Under the pieces are notes generated by a model that was not told where the DNA came from, did no database searches, and worked only from the letters and a program-made list of their open reading frames with translations. This document shows, in pieces, positions 48,679 to 63,400 of a DNA stretch of 64,000 bases. Each line of letters opens with the position of its first letter. Within the stretch, counting starts at the first letter, position 1. Source of the DNA: Patiria miniata. Its lineage: Eukaryota. The stretch is from positions 2,728,515-2,792,514 of the forward strand of contig NW_024037060.1 of NCBI RefSeq assembly GCF_015706575.1, in the 5' to 3' direction. Both the position numbers and the translations under genes were made by a program.

Positions 48679-49485
48679 TTTCTTACTAACCCTGGTTGCG
48701 GCTAATTTCTTTCGGCTCTCATTGGATAGATTCTGCCATGCACCGACGTAATTTTCAACATTTTGTGTTGTAAGTTCACCATCAGTATTGTACAGTTTAG
48801 GCCAATTATTGTACCACTGCCGTCATTAAGTGCCAAAAATTCCTTTTCAAGCAAAATGTTGTGGGACATAAAATGGTTTATTACACGACATTTAACAAGA
48901 AATGTGATTGATTTAGAGAGGGGTTTGAGTCAATAAAGGAATGTAAATCATTAGAAAATTTTCAGCATATATAATAGTACTCGTAAAAAACGCTATTACT
49001 ACTTCATCGTGAGCTAAACTACTATTAATAATTAGTGTAATTTTAACACTACTATGAGTTGAACACATACAAAATCTTTACAAGTGTTTTCGTATTAAAA
49101 CAGGTACTAAGAGTAAAATGATAACAATTGAATTAATGTAATAAATAGTTCAAATATTTGACGTGTCCACAACCAATCGGAAATTTCGTGTGCTAATATT
49201 TTCGTATCCAGTGAAATGTACTATGACATTACGATAATTATTCAAATTGGCACGAAATGAATATCTCCAAACGAACGTTCTTTAGCAGAAAAAAGTCCTC
49301 TTTTGGTACATTGCGTAACTTAAAAAATTTTCATGTACCAATACTTCCAAAAGTCTAAGAACTATTTGCTATAACATTTTACAGTTTGTACAACTTAAAA
49401 TGAGTAATGTCCAAGTTAATACATATAATAGGTATAGTTACAAGTTTTTTTTTACATACCTTTTCAAAACGTTCCAAGCCAACGT

Positions 49486-49826
49486 CTATTGTTATACCTC
49501 TGTCTGGAATACTGTATTTTCATTGGCTTAAAACGATCACGTGTTAAGTTTATAAAAAGTCACGGCACACTCCCTGTGGGATATCACACACAGAGAGTGT
49601 GCTATGACTTTGTGCGTACGGTACGTACGGTGTGAAACGCTTGCATTGTTGGTACCCACGCTATTTTCATGAGTTGGAGCAGCGAACTAGCAGACGAGCA
49701 GCAGTTTCAAGCACGGTACGCGACATGCATGTGTGTTGACGTTCGATTGTCATGATAGTTGCTGTTTACTGATGTTTGTTTTCGTGTTTTCAAAGTCCAA
49801 AGAATCCAAGACAGAGGTATAACAAA
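49486..49826. repeat. Segment of about 340 bp bounded by a 17-bp inverted repeat (gttatacctctgtctgg … ccaagacagaggtataac) and containing two internal hairpins. It could be a MITE or a structured-RNA locus.
   Basis: The inverted terminal sequences are read directly. The internal palindromes are agtcacggcacactccctgtgggatatcacacacagagagtgtgctatgact and ttgttgact…agtcaacaa. Confidence 0.45.
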
Positions 49827-50639
49827 ACAATTGTTGACTTGGGTGCTACGCGCCCCTCGGGTGTTCAAAACGTCATATCCGACATCACAGCAGTCAACAA
49901 TTGTTAAATATCCTTAAAAAAATGTCTTGGTGCGCACTCAGATTGGAAACTCCATGTTCAATTTTAATCTCAAACAAAAATACATTTTCACGTGTACGCA
50001 TCCCTCACACTCTATTTTTCACCATAAAAGTGCTGTTCGTTAGTAATTATAGTACGGAGGAAAAATTAGTGTGACATAAGACACGGTACAATTTTACTTA
50101 AACATTTCTCACCAATCTTCATAATCAGTTATTCCGCAGAGCAAAATCTTTTGATATATGTTATTGTTTACTTGTTTACTTGCTCAGTAGAAATGCATCA
50201 TGCCCATTTATGAATATGCTGATACATTAAGTACTCTTCAATCAAATTTCCTTAAAGAAAACGGTCTTATATAAATAGTACATGGAAAATTCAAAGCTAA
50301 CAAAACCCACCAAATCGGCTACAAAAATGTAAATTTCGTGTATTTAAACAGGTTATAAAACGTGTAAGACATAATCTTGCACTGGGAAATGACAGCTGTA
50401 ATAATCATTATTATTACGCAATTAATAATTATAGTGGAATTCACAGTTAACTAAGATGAGCTTTGTAGTGCAGATACCAAAGCGCGCAGAGTAATGTAGT
50501 CAATATATTGAGAATGAGTATTCATTAGTGGTCTTTTCACGCATCTGGCTGGTATAGGCTACACAATGGACCAGATTTAGCACATTCATTGGTGTATGTT
50601 AATGGGTAATCCCCATACGATAACCCAGCCCAGATTGAA

Positions 50640-50700
50640 GTCGGGGAGTCAGTCAGTCAGTCAGTTCGTCAGTGAGTCAGCAGTGAGTGAGTTTGTCAGT
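50640..50700. repeat. (AGTC)n / (GTGA)n microsatellite.
   Basis: gtcagtcagtcagtcagttcgtcagtgagtcagcagtgagtgag. Confidence 0.9.
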
Positions 50701-51488
50701 ATAAAGTGAGAAAGGCGCAAAAAGGACTCTACAGGCTGGTCCTCTGGAACTATCAAAATGACCGAATTAAGCCACACATGCGTTCGTCATAAGGTTCGTC
50801 ATAACGTTCGTCAAAATCATTGCAAAACAGTAAAACGTTCATCAAGAGTTTAAAGCAGGTCCCCTTGCCTTTTACCGACTAACGAAATGCATTAAAATAT
50901 TATCCAAGGCGTTTTTTCCAAGCTTCCAACCAAAATACATTTCGGTTTTCATTGCTCCATTTATTTATCACAATGCACAGCATCAACCAAAGTTTCTGCT
51001 ACAAACTTTGCCACAGTAAATACAAGGCTCAAGAGAATGCCTTTGAAACAATACTCGTTTAATTCATCTAATACGCATCCTCACTAAAACAAGGGACAGT
51101 TTTGTTCGGTTGTTGATTCCATTTTAACAGACAGAAGAGACAGTGAATCAAGATAGAGAAAAACGTTATCGTGTAGCTTCTAAAATTATTGATTCACTTG
51201 GATAGGTGAGATGGGGTCGGGCGGGGGATCTCAGTTATTACAGTGTTGTTATACAAGCAACTGGCCTTTCGAGAGGTTGCCAAGGCTTTTTGAGGGGAGA
51301 AACTTTTGAGCACGATGCTCTATGGCAGTTTAAAAAAAACCTACCTCCCCCAAAAAAACTCCCTACCAAACTGCCAAACATTGCTACCCCTCTTTCAACC
51401 TCGTATACGAGGTAACTTTAATGCACAGATGATACCTTCCAGCAACAACTTGAGAAACAAAAACAAAAGAAAAGCATAACAGGCTTCA

Positions 51489-54400
51489 TCAACCTTTTAC
51501 GTATTTCTCTATAAAATCGAGAAATTGTGCTAGTCTGGAGTAGACCACGACCTGTCTGGGTGCCGAGCAGCTCGGGGTACCGCCTCGACTCACCAGCCCG
51601 ATCTGATACCACTTACCGGCGTCCGAGACGGTAAGAGGTCCGCCACTATCGCCCTGCACGATGTAAGAAAGAACACGGAGATTGAGGTCTTAAAATATCT
51701 GTTAACTTAAAGATGCGATGCCCATCCTTTCACGGAAAATAATTCCTCCTTTCTTTCTTCACGAATTGTTTGAAAGATCTATATTTTGAACGTTACAGAA
51801 TGGTGTATCGAAATCTCTGGATGTGGAATTAAAAATATTAATTTTCAGACAGATAATGGGGGAAAACACACCGTTTTTTTCCCAAATGTTTGCATAACTA
51901 TTAAACAAATGTTGGCCTAAAGGTTCGATCTTATAAGCAAGACCTAATTGTCTAAGACAAATTTGATTAATTGCGTTCTGGTGACTATTGGTGGAAAAAA
52001 AGACCGATGCCTTTAATCTTTCAAACTCCTTTGAATATAACGTGAAGAAATGGAGATCACACCATGTCATTTGCACATCATGATTGAATTACTTAAATAA
52101 TTGTTTTCCACCCTTGACCAACCTTGCAAGAATTTTGCTCCCCGTACTGATTCATGCAGCACACTACTCTCTCGTTGACGTAGGATATATCCTCGAAGTT
52201 CTTGCAGTTCTCCGTGTTGATGATTGTCGCCCTCGCCGTCTGGAGTATGTGAGGTGTATAGCCTACCGAAGAAATAAACGCATTTACGCTTTAATATGTC
52301 GTTTATTTTTTTTTTAACTTGAGAGTAGAAATGAAAGTAATGAAACAGAGGTTCTTTACTAAAAATACCAGGCTGTTCTGATGAATAATTTAAAGTTTGT
52401 GATCAAACACAACCTAATGGTTTAACCCTAAAAGGGCCAGGTTATTTTGACCATCTCTCAGCCGGGGGGGGGGGGGGGGGGGATTCCGCCCCCTAAGATC
52501 TCGGCCATCGAGTGACGAACAATTTTGAAACTTAATACATGCATAGAGCAACACATTATAAACATACCCACGAAATTTCATGACTATAGGTCAAAGTGTG
52601 TTGGAGTTGTGGCTAATTAATTATTCATATGAACGAATGGTAATTCTGCTCTGTGTGCACGACGTATATGGGAAAATTCAGTTTTCGCCGGAATTTTTTT
52701 CCTCCGGCCCTTTAAGGGTTAAGCCACATTAAACAAAGAAAACGTAAGTGAGGCCAGCTGCACTCCAATAGTCTGGCACCATCCCACTCAACAGTTTGCA
52801 ATTTATAAAACAGATTCAGGGAATCCGATTGAAAATGACTTCCTCGTCTAATAAGGTCTATATAGTACAATTATTGAACGCTGTTCTGACTTTAGAGGAG
52901 CAAAGCACCCTTCTCGAAATGATAGCTAGTTCGTCTTTGAGTCAGTTTCACACTTAAAGAAAAAATTCACACATGGCCTTCCTCTCAAATCTTCGATTGT
53001 TTCACCACGTAGCAGCCTTCAATCCGTGTTTATAGAGAGCAATTATGTCGACTCCAACTGAATACGAGGTTTAGAAGACTGAGAAAAGGGATTCCGTTTT
53101 TCTTCCTGAATATTTTATTCGATCGATGCTTCATTGCAAACCTTTCAAAAATATAACTGAGTGACACTCCCACGTGTATAGGCCAGAGAAGCTCATTCAT
53201 ACCGAATGGGACCGTGCCTCCCCAGCCAGAGACGGACGCCGAGGAGCCTTCCGCCGTCAAATGCGAGTCGTTCCTTGGAGGGAGGCAGACTGGCCGGACC
53301 CGGTCGCTGATCGATACGGGAACTTCCAACTCTAGCAAGGCTATGTCGTTGTAGTTGTAGTTGATGTATGAAGGGAAGGGAATACTTCGCTTGCTCTGTC
53401 GGACCTGCTCGTACCCATCATCCGATGTCAGGTTGACAGTGCCGGCTAGAATTTTGGGTTCAAGGAAACCGCTCCTGTGGGGGAAATTATAGTAAAACCA
53501 GAGGATCAGGTTTTATTTCTGTTTCCACCTCTCTGAGAGACATTTATTTCACTCTGGCTAGATATTGGAGTTCCAAAAACCTGCTCCAATGGGGAACTCC
53601 TCGGTGTTTTATTTTAATAACAGAAGAGAGAAAAAAATTGATTTGGAGTTGTTTCCACTTCTCTGGGAGACATTATTGCAATCTAGTGATGTCCATGACG
53701 GATCCAGAAATCGAAAAGGTTGGCTGAGGCTTAAGAGTCGACACACGAACAGACCAAAGGCCTTAGATCCGAGAGTTGCAATGATGTATGACGTTTGTTC
53801 AGAAATGCAAATTTTGGAATTGTTGTCCAGAAATGCGTAACTGTAATGTAGAATAATAAGAAGAACGATAGTGTGCTAAGCCACCCAACCCTCCCCTTTG
53901 TGAAAAAAACCATTAAAATTGGAGGATTCAAGACTGTTAGGTTTAATGACAAGTTGCAGCATTGTATTGATAGGTATACACATGCTCGCACATTGATTGT
54001 ATACGGTAGATTATGAATAAGCATAAGTGAACCTTCTCATATCGTTTGATTTAGATTCGCTCATCAGCATTACAATCGTGTACGATAGGTATTTCTATCA
54101 ATGTTAGGTATATTTTAGCTGGCCGTAGACCCATACATTTATGGCGGTATAAACCGCCTTGTTTATACGGGTCAAAGCTGGCCGGTTGTCATCTTGTTGG
54201 ACAAATGTCGTGATTCAATGGACTTAAGAAAACAAGGGCACTGAAAAGACACGCTGATTCTGGCCAGCCCCGTCGAGATGGATAAAAAAAGAACATTGTT
54301 TAAAGCCTACTCACACGCAATGGCCAGCGGTGATGACCCACTTGTTGGATATGAGGGCGCCCCCACAGTAATGATCGACGTTCTGTCTCTTGGGGTGGCT

Positions 54401-57400
54401 GAGGGAGACCATCCACGGCACCTCCCCTGGGAGGACGTCCCTACCGCTCACTACCCGTGGCATCTGCCCCTGCCTACCGCATTCTATTACACGAAACAAC
54501 AACAGCAAGTAAGTGATTGGTTACTGTGTCACTCTATTGGACGCTCGGGGTACAGCCCAGTAAAAAGGCCAAAATCCGTCGGCCGAGCTCATGAATAAAA
54601 GTTTTACACTCAAGTTATTCTGTATTAGCCAGTTTCGAGAGCCATGGAATTGGAGAACTGGAGACATATGGCACTTTACCTCTGGCCTGGACTTGGGCTT
54701 TCATGCAATTCTGAGCATTTAGGATGTAATTGGGTCCGAAAGTGGCGCTATTTAGGCATGTTGTGGAGGAATCATTCAAAATGGCTACTTTTCCAGTTTT
54801 GGAAGCATCATCGGTTTAAGGGGTGGTCTTCCTTGGATGTGAATTTCTCAAAAAAGTCAACGGTCAACCCACACAAAATTGAACAGAAAATGAAAGATGA
54901 CATGTTGATCATCACTTTTCTGTGCAGCCTAAATCCCTTTGAGAGTTCTGAGTATTTTAAAAAGATTTTTGAAGTATGGGCATTTAGCACTGGTGTCTAC
55001 ACTCTAAAAACAACTTGGTCAAAATATTGACTGGTTTTCCTAGTTATTGAAAATTTACTAGGAATTTAGTTAAACATGCAAAGTTTCATACTGTGACTAG
55101 AAAAAGTAGTTGGGTTCGACTCGAAATTCAGTTATCGGCATAACTACTTTTTCCAAGTCAATAATACTGACTGGAAAAATCTAGTCAGATTGACTGATTT
55201 TCAGTTGCACCCAGCTGACCCTGAATGGCTAGTCATATTTAACTGGTTTCTAGTCAAATCTGACTAATGCTTTTTTAGAGTGTATGGGAATTTAATACAG
55301 GGGTGCATCGCTCGGACGTCATGGCGACTAAGGCCCTGTCTGAAACGGGCGTTGCTGACAACCAACTACGGCTCTTCTCTAAAGCGCAAAACCATGGTCC
55401 TATCCACAAAATATCTGATTTGGGCTCAGTTTGGAATTAGAATTGCACAGAAATTAATTACTTAATTAAAACTACCTGTTGGTTTTTTTTATAAATAGTA
55501 AACAAACCTTGCTCTTCGCAGGATAATCGTATGACCTTCTGAGACGGACAGTTCTCACTAATGGGGACAAAGATATATAATAATAACATCAATGAATGTT
55601 AAAAAAAGAATCCTTTTCATAATAAAACCGACGACTGTGTTATTACATGACAATTATTTTACCGGTACGATGGCTTTAACATTTACAATCAATCAATGGT
55701 CTTGAATCAAGCCACAAAGCTTTATTTTATTTAAACATATAGCCTACATAAAACCTATTGACGGTTAAACTAGTGACATTTCTTTTTAATGGAAAATATC
55801 CCCAAGCAAGTCTATAAAAGCCACTCTTGGCAAAGGGCTAGAAAGAAGAAAAATATGATGAAATAATAATCAGGAAAGCTGGAGGTAGGAATTGATATTC
55901 CTCTTATTAGAGGATAGATCATAGAATGGAGGGACACAGCCACTAGGCAAGGAGTGCCAAGGAGGTACAGAACGTGGAAAAAAGTTATTCACAACGAATT
56001 GAAGAAATGATTCCAAACTTACAAATGTTTCACAATTTTGTAAAGCGCTGGCTTGGGGCCCGGAGATAGAAGTTTCGAAACCTCCTTTTCGTGCAGCATG
56101 TAATACCCGTCTGTGATTGGTCCAAATGTGCTGACGTCCTCAAAGCTAGTTTCATTCATAAAACTGGGACAACAAAAATGACACAAATAATAGTAGAGCA
56201 GGAAGTTTATACACTAAAACCCTTTCCATATTGTCAGAAATGGGAAAAGCTACAACACTGACCCGTAGCCGTATTCATTACATATGACGTCAGCGACGTC
56301 ATCGCTCCAGGTCTGTTCATCGTAACAGAGATACTTCTCATCACCTTCGATGGTAACCATCACCACTCCCTGCTTTCTCTGTGCTGAACCTCCCTGGTTC
56401 TCCAAACGTACTGCAACGAAAGTCCATAAAGGACACACTTCAATGTGATTGCGTCGTTAAAATGAATCTTGATGTTTCTGAACTTCCGTCTTTGCTGTAA
56501 GTTTGGAGGTCTTATAGATTGCGACAAGAAAACCTCTACGGGCAAAATAGACCTTATTCGTGAGGAAGCCATTTTCGATCGTGTTTCCTGAATGCATTAT
56601 ATAAATTATAAACTGTTGTATGGGATGGGTGCCAGACTATTTTATGATTGTAGTGTGTTCCAAGCCTCACTTTCAATTTTTTTTTTACATGTGGCTGAAA
56701 ATATTAGGGTATGTTTAATCACACATTTTTAATTATTCATCAGATCAGACTGGTATTAATTTGTAATGAACTGTTATTTCATTGCTGTCGTTTCCACTCG
56801 CAAGTTCCTAAAATGAAGAGTTTGCCTCGCTTTTAATTGAATATGGCCGACTCGTGGCTCTACGCATGTTGTACATATTTTGAATAAGTACATGTACAAG
56901 GAACACCGAATCACATGCTGTCGTTGTAATGTTGTATGGGGCCTTTTTTTGATCACACACACGAGACAGTATTGCAAAAAAAAAAGAACTTTGATTGACC
57001 AATGTGTCCAAATTTGATCCTGGAAGAACTGATTTAAAGATTTTCAGCACTTTTTTGGCATGAAATAATACTTACGACACTGTATCTCGTCCATGCCGGC
57101 CTTACAGTCTGGTTTCTGGTCGCACCAATTGGCCGACATGATGCATGTATCGTACTTGGATAAACACTGCTTCTGATCCTCTGGGCACACTGTCAGATAC
57201 AAAGCAAAGATTAGTAGGGTAACCAGGAGGCCGTAATGAAGGTTATCTTGCAATACTTGAAAGCAGAGGGTCGGAAGTTCTCCCTTACAGAAACGTCCAA
57301 CACTCCTAGAGCCAATTTCCAGATCCATTTTCTTCAAACTGTATGATTCATAAGTCTGGGGTTTTGTTCGTTATAAAACAAAAAAATACATGTCGAAGCT

Positions 57401-60400
57401 TTCACCTGTTGACAGATCTTCTACAGAAGGCAAGGCCCTGCTTACGATTATGAAGTGAGACCTATTTTGGAAGCCGGATAACTTAGTTTGTTGATCCTAA
57501 GAGAGTATGATTTCGTAATAACTTGCATACATAACAGCAGTTTACTGTAGTATTACCGGAACATAAACTAAAGAGGCAGAGAAGTGTTGCCCAGTGGTTA
57601 GGGTTTTGTGACTTATGATCAGGGGTCAGGGGTTCATGCCTGCTGCTGGAAATAATGTTGTGTCCTTGGGCGAGCGTCCCATCCAGGGGCAACAGAAACA
57701 ATCATTCAAAGGTGCTGGGAAAAACAGGGACAGGGTTTACATAACTTTACAAACTGTGAAAGATTTACAGTTTTCTTACCGTTTTTTATCGACGTTAAAA
57801 CGAGATCAAAAGTCAGAAAGGTCAACTCCGTTTCAAATTTGATCCACATTTTGTTGGCCTTGGACACCAAGGCCTTGTCGACCGGGATGTCGTAGGATTC
57901 CAAGGTCTCGCCCTCGTCGGTGGGATCGTGCCCGTGACCCACCCTCATCCGGTCCCTAGTCGGGTGATCCTTCAGCTTAGTCACAGTGATTCGGGTGTCC
58001 GGCGGACTTGTGATGAACCACAGACAGCTGGACGCAACGCCGGGGATCTCCGGGAAGGTGAGAGTGAAATTCTGGTCGACCGCGGTGAGTTCAATTTGCC
58101 GTTCACCACAGGCTGCGTGAGGATAGGTGAGAAGAATCAGATAGTCAGGTTGGTATAGTGACAACTTTTATTTTATTCGACTTGGATTCGAATATGGATT
58201 GGGTTTCAGTCCCCGTTTTATTTTGTGGGTATTGTCCTCGCACTTTCAACATTTTTCAGGTTTCTGAGCTCAAGTGTCTGTACCCTTTTTAAGAAACATT
58301 TGTGTACATTCTGGGGAGAGTGTGGCCTCGTGACTCATGATCAGAGGGTATGGGGTTCGAATCCAGCTGCTGGCCATATGCTTTGTCATTGGGCAAGCTA
58401 GCCACCTCACCCCTTCGATGGCAGACATTCCATCCAGGGGAGAATATGAATATTCTCTGCCGTTTCATACCAAGGAAACAGGAGATAAACGCAGGCCTGG
58501 TGGGCCAACTTGGCTCCTGGCAGACTATACGCCACTTGTGTACATTACCAAGAAAATAAAAAAATTAAAAAAATGATAAAGACAACATGAAAATGCAGTT
58601 TATTGTGGGTAACTGCAGGTGATTGACGCAATCGTTTACCTTCGTCTTGGGGAGCGATTGCCTGGTCACAGTCAACCTCGTCTTCGCCATCTTTACAGTT
58701 TACGATCCCATCACAAATACCTTGCTCCGGAACGCACTGCCTGTCGGAAGGGCACTGGAACGAGTCCGCAGGACACTCGATGAAAACACCAACTGACAAA
58801 AAAGACAAATGAAAAAAAAAAATAGTAATTGATATTTACCGAACAATGAAATAATCAAGTAACTTATAAAATAATGAATAAATAACAAAAAGGCTTCCAG
58901 TTCAAATTTCCAAATTACTTTAGTTCGTTGGTAGTTGGTTGTCGGTTTGAAGTTAAATGAGCCGGTTCAACTTTCGTAATCGTCTGCGACTTCCTGAACA
59001 GTCTTGTCTGCCTACTGTCATAACTGCCTAACGATCGTCTGTGACAGCCACTGCTTACTAATTGTGTGTAAGTACTTTGATTATTTGCGACTACTATACA
59101 TAACAGCTACCGTTATTTTGTGCTTTCAAATTGGCCGTGACTCCTTAACGATTTCGCAACTGAAGGAAAAATAACTGTTTAAAGATTGAACCGATTGTTG
59201 CTTACCCCATTATTGTTTACGACTGTTAACCGATTGTCTGTGACTGCTCACAAATGATCTGTGACTACATTATACTCACCACAGTAAGCTTCGTCGCTCC
59301 GGTCGGAACAGTCAAAGTATCCGTCGCAGAGACCGTCCGCTGAGATACATTCCAGGTTATCACACTCGTAATAATTACCCGGACAAGCTATATACAGAGG
59401 GTATACATTTAAACGAAACATTACGTCGCCTGTTCATCTTACCAACTTCCAATTCAAGCATGACAGAAAAGAAAACTCCACTCAAAGCTTAAATTAAAGC
59501 CAAAATACTTTTTGTGTTGAATCAATTCACTACGTCAATACTGCAAAAAAATGGCTTTTGCAAACTATCACCGTGGGATATTTATAATGAAAACAAAAGC
59601 AGTTCAAAAGTTTCTTCTCTTTTGCTTTGTTTGGCCGCTAGTATCCAGATAGTTAAACCTTGACAGCAAAGACGAATCACGTACGAGGGCAGTCCTGTTC
59701 ATCACTCCCGTCGCTACAGTCTGCCGAGTTGTCGCAGAAGAACCAAAAAGGAAGGCAAGCCCCGTCATCGCAGGGCCGCTTCCAATTAGAGCAGGCTGAC
59801 AAAAAGGGAGTACAAAAACTATGTCAGTCCGGTCTCCATTGTGCATTCATCAACTAAAGGGTACAATAGACCTTTAAAATGCTGCCACCATTTCAGTCAT
59901 GTTCCCTGAAGCCAATAGCAGTACTGAATGATAATGTTTTTGTGCAAAAAGGAACCAGACTATTTTCCCTTCCAGCCTCGCTTTGGTTACATTGATTTGA
60001 ATGGGAACAAAATTTAAATGGCTGCAACATAATAATGGTCTATAGGATCATTTGGTCTATAGGATCATTTGCTATTTTTTGTCGTTTGAAGCAGCATAAG
60101 TGCTCAAAATCACAAGAAGGGAGCATGACAACTAACTTGTTGAAGTTTCAGCTCACTGGTTACTTTATAGAATGTTGGGGGATTCGTAACCGGATTCCGT
60201 TGCCAAATTTTTCAGTGATTGTTTTCTTCGAAATGATACCATTTCAGGCGGCATAATTTCACAGGGTATTTGGTACCAGTGCTATCTTCTCTTTGAGCAA
60301 GGATTTTTTTTCCGCTAAATACGTGCGTTTTCGGGTGATTGCAAATGCTCCCACGTACCTTTTTTAAACAATATAAGTAAACTCTGAATAGTTTCCGAAT

Positions 60401-63400
60401 GCCAAATACCTCGCATCAAAATAGATTCGAAATAGGTTGCGATCTGCTGAACATAACCACATTTAAGGATGCCTAAATGAACTGGTTATCGGGGAGGCCC
60501 TTCATCAGACTTTTTCCAAGGTTTAACTGTTCATGCGCAGGCCTACACAAGCACCGGGCAATCTCAATTAGTTCTCTTGGCTGGGTTCTCTTGGCTGGGC
60601 ATGTTCCTGAATGTACTCACTGCAGTTCATTTCGTCGCTGCCGTCCGCACAGTCGTTCGTGCCGTCGCATAAATAGTTGAGAGGAACGCACCGCTCACCG
60701 CAGTCAAACTGTCTACCCTCAACGCATGCTGTTGAAATTCGAGAGGGAAAAAAAGAAGTGAATTTTCTAACACAGAATTTTGCTGAACCTTTGCTTTGTG
60801 GGTTTTTGCAGCATCAAACTGATCATCATCTCAAAAATTAGGCATTTGTGGCATTCGACAGTGTTATGATGCCGATTGAAACACTGATTTTATTTGGACA
60901 ATTTTCTTGTTTTAATATCAATCCTGATAAGTCTCGAATAAGATCTGGGGTGCTTTTCACTTTCTCGAACAATGCTACAACGTTTGTCAAATTTTTGGCA
61001 ACGTGTGTTTGCCAAAAACGTTGGTGAACGTTTGGAATGGTCCAATGTACCGTTTGCCAAAAATGTTGGTGAACGTTTGCAACCAAGGCGAACGCTTTTC
61101 CTGAGTCATTTGCTATGTTTTCCAAAATTGCAGACACACACAATGAAGGCCATGATAAATAATGTCGAGGCTGAATTCTCAGATTTCTAGATTCGCAGTA
61201 AGTTCAGACAATATTAGCAACATTTTACTTCCAGTAAAATTTGAATGAGTTTTCGAATTTTCAAAGCTGCTTTATTCAAACAGTCACGCTTGAAGGATTT
61301 CCTTACAGGGCGCCGCCATTTTGGAAACATTTTTTTTCATCGAGAGGGCGGCCTTTAGCTTACCACAATTGACCAGCTCATCAGCATGGTTACCACAATC
61401 GTTGAAGCTGTCACAAACGAGCAACTCGTTCAAGTAGATGCTGCTGTCCTCGTGACATAAAAACGCTGCACGGTAACACACAGATAAACAAAATGCCATG
61501 AAAACAAAAACGCCTTGAGCACAGTCTAGTTTTCAACTTGTTTAAATTTAAAATTTCAGAATACAAGGGCGGGAGCGTGTGGAATTATTATGCTGAGTTC
61601 TTCGTTGATACATGTAACATGAATAATGTTAAAACCTTTCTGTCGCCTGTCACTGCGCCGTCATACTGTGATCCTTGCTAAAATCTGGATTACTATTTAA
61701 CTGACGATAGTTCGTGGAACGTGGCGGGTATACTCTTATGGATCGGATGTGATCCTGAAAGATTTAGCCTTCAGACCGTATCAAGTTTTGCCAGGAAAAA
61801 CCCAATTCAACACTGCATGTTCATGTATATCATTTGAAAAATTAAAAAGGTTTTACTGATTGCCAAATACTGTGGAATTTGATAAAAATGTGAGAAATGT
61901 GTTTCGGGGCTTGTCAACAATTGAGCGGCATCATCTATGGTGACATGGTTCTCCCCTCCCAAAAACCAAACATCGACAACGACAGAAGAGGAACTTAACC
62001 CCACGGCTACAGTGCAAAGTAGTATTTAGGTAAAACTCTTGACAAGTTTATTCGCAAAAAGAGTGACGAATCGATGATCTACTAACTGCAGTTATCTTCA
62101 TCAGTGTCGCAATCGGGGTAATCATCGCAGACAGCGACCCGGTGAATGCAGGATCCATCCCCGCACTTGACCTGGTCGTAATACGGACACACTGAAACAA
62201 AAATGGAATAAAACAAATTCAACATGTCAACAGGTGGTCCTTGACGTCGACAATGGCATTTTAGCACATAATGTTGTCCGCAAAAAGTGACTATAATTCC
62301 AACAAGTTCTTTGAAGATATGATTTTTTCTCCTCCAAATCTGACATATGACATATACAGCGTGTCTAAAAAAAAAGGTCCCTCTGATAGACTGCTAAATT
62401 AATTCCAAAATCAAGTATTATTCTCAATTTAGTGTTCAGATTAAGAAAGCCCATTTAATTTTGTAACTTCTGTGAAAATTTCATTGGTCTCGCTTCATTG
62501 ATTTTGAATACACAGTCTATTATGTAACAGCAGTGCTTTTCAGCCCATTCCAAGTTTGCAGGTGGAAGGATGTGCAGGAGGACAATAAAAGTTTACAAGC
62601 TGGACATTGAAAAACAAACTATAAGTGGAACACACCCTGTGAAAGCAAACACGACCAGTGGAACTGAACTTTGATTAGTTTTCATTTAAAAAAAGTAAAT
62701 GAACTTGACTTTAGTTACTTAATAACAAAAACAAGAACCCAGTTGTTGAAATAAAAGTGAAGCATGGAATAAGGTATGGTATGTCTGTAGTGTGCATTTC
62801 TTTTTTTCATGCATTTCTTTTTATCAACTTGGAATGGGCCGGAAAGCACTGCTGTTACATAAAAGCCTGTGTATTCAAAACCAATGAAGCGATTTTCACA
62901 GGAACTACAAAATTAAGTGGGCTTTCTAAAAATGTAAACTTAATTGAGTATAAAACTTGATTTTGGTAATTATTCTGTGGTCTATGAGAGGGACATTTTT
63001 TTTGGGACACGCTGTATTTTAACAGAAAAAAACTACTTTTTCTTTCTTTGGACGTCAACAACCCGCTACAAAAGGCTTTTATTTTGCGAGTAGACTGGTT
63101 CCCTCCCCGGGCCACATTATCGATGCCGAAAGAGGGTGGGAGCTAGGCTGGCGGAAAATGAATTATAGTCGAGTTGAAAATAATTTCGACGTTTTTTGAA
63201 GTAATTCTTTCATTACTAAACGTGGGCTGATTTTGTTTAAGTCGATGTCTCATTCAAAGTGAATAAACTTTTTATTGCTAAAAAAATGATATTTAAAAAC
63301 ACAAGCTATAGACCATTATCATGTTGCGGCCATCTTGATTTTTCCCCATTCAAATCAACGTAACCAAAGCGAGGCTGGAAGGAAAAATAGTCTGGTTCCC

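Noticed and set aside
54278-54598. 106-aa plus-strand ORF ([29 protein letters not shown]…)
   Set aside because: It is the antisense of the serine-protease His-exon (…[18 protein letters not shown]). The minus-strand frame carries the catalytic motif.
56040-56160. Possible extra SRCR-continuation exon ([27 protein letters not shown])
   Set aside because: The frame is open but the SRCR consensus, with its conserved Cys pattern, does not fit convincingly. It is left unannotated.
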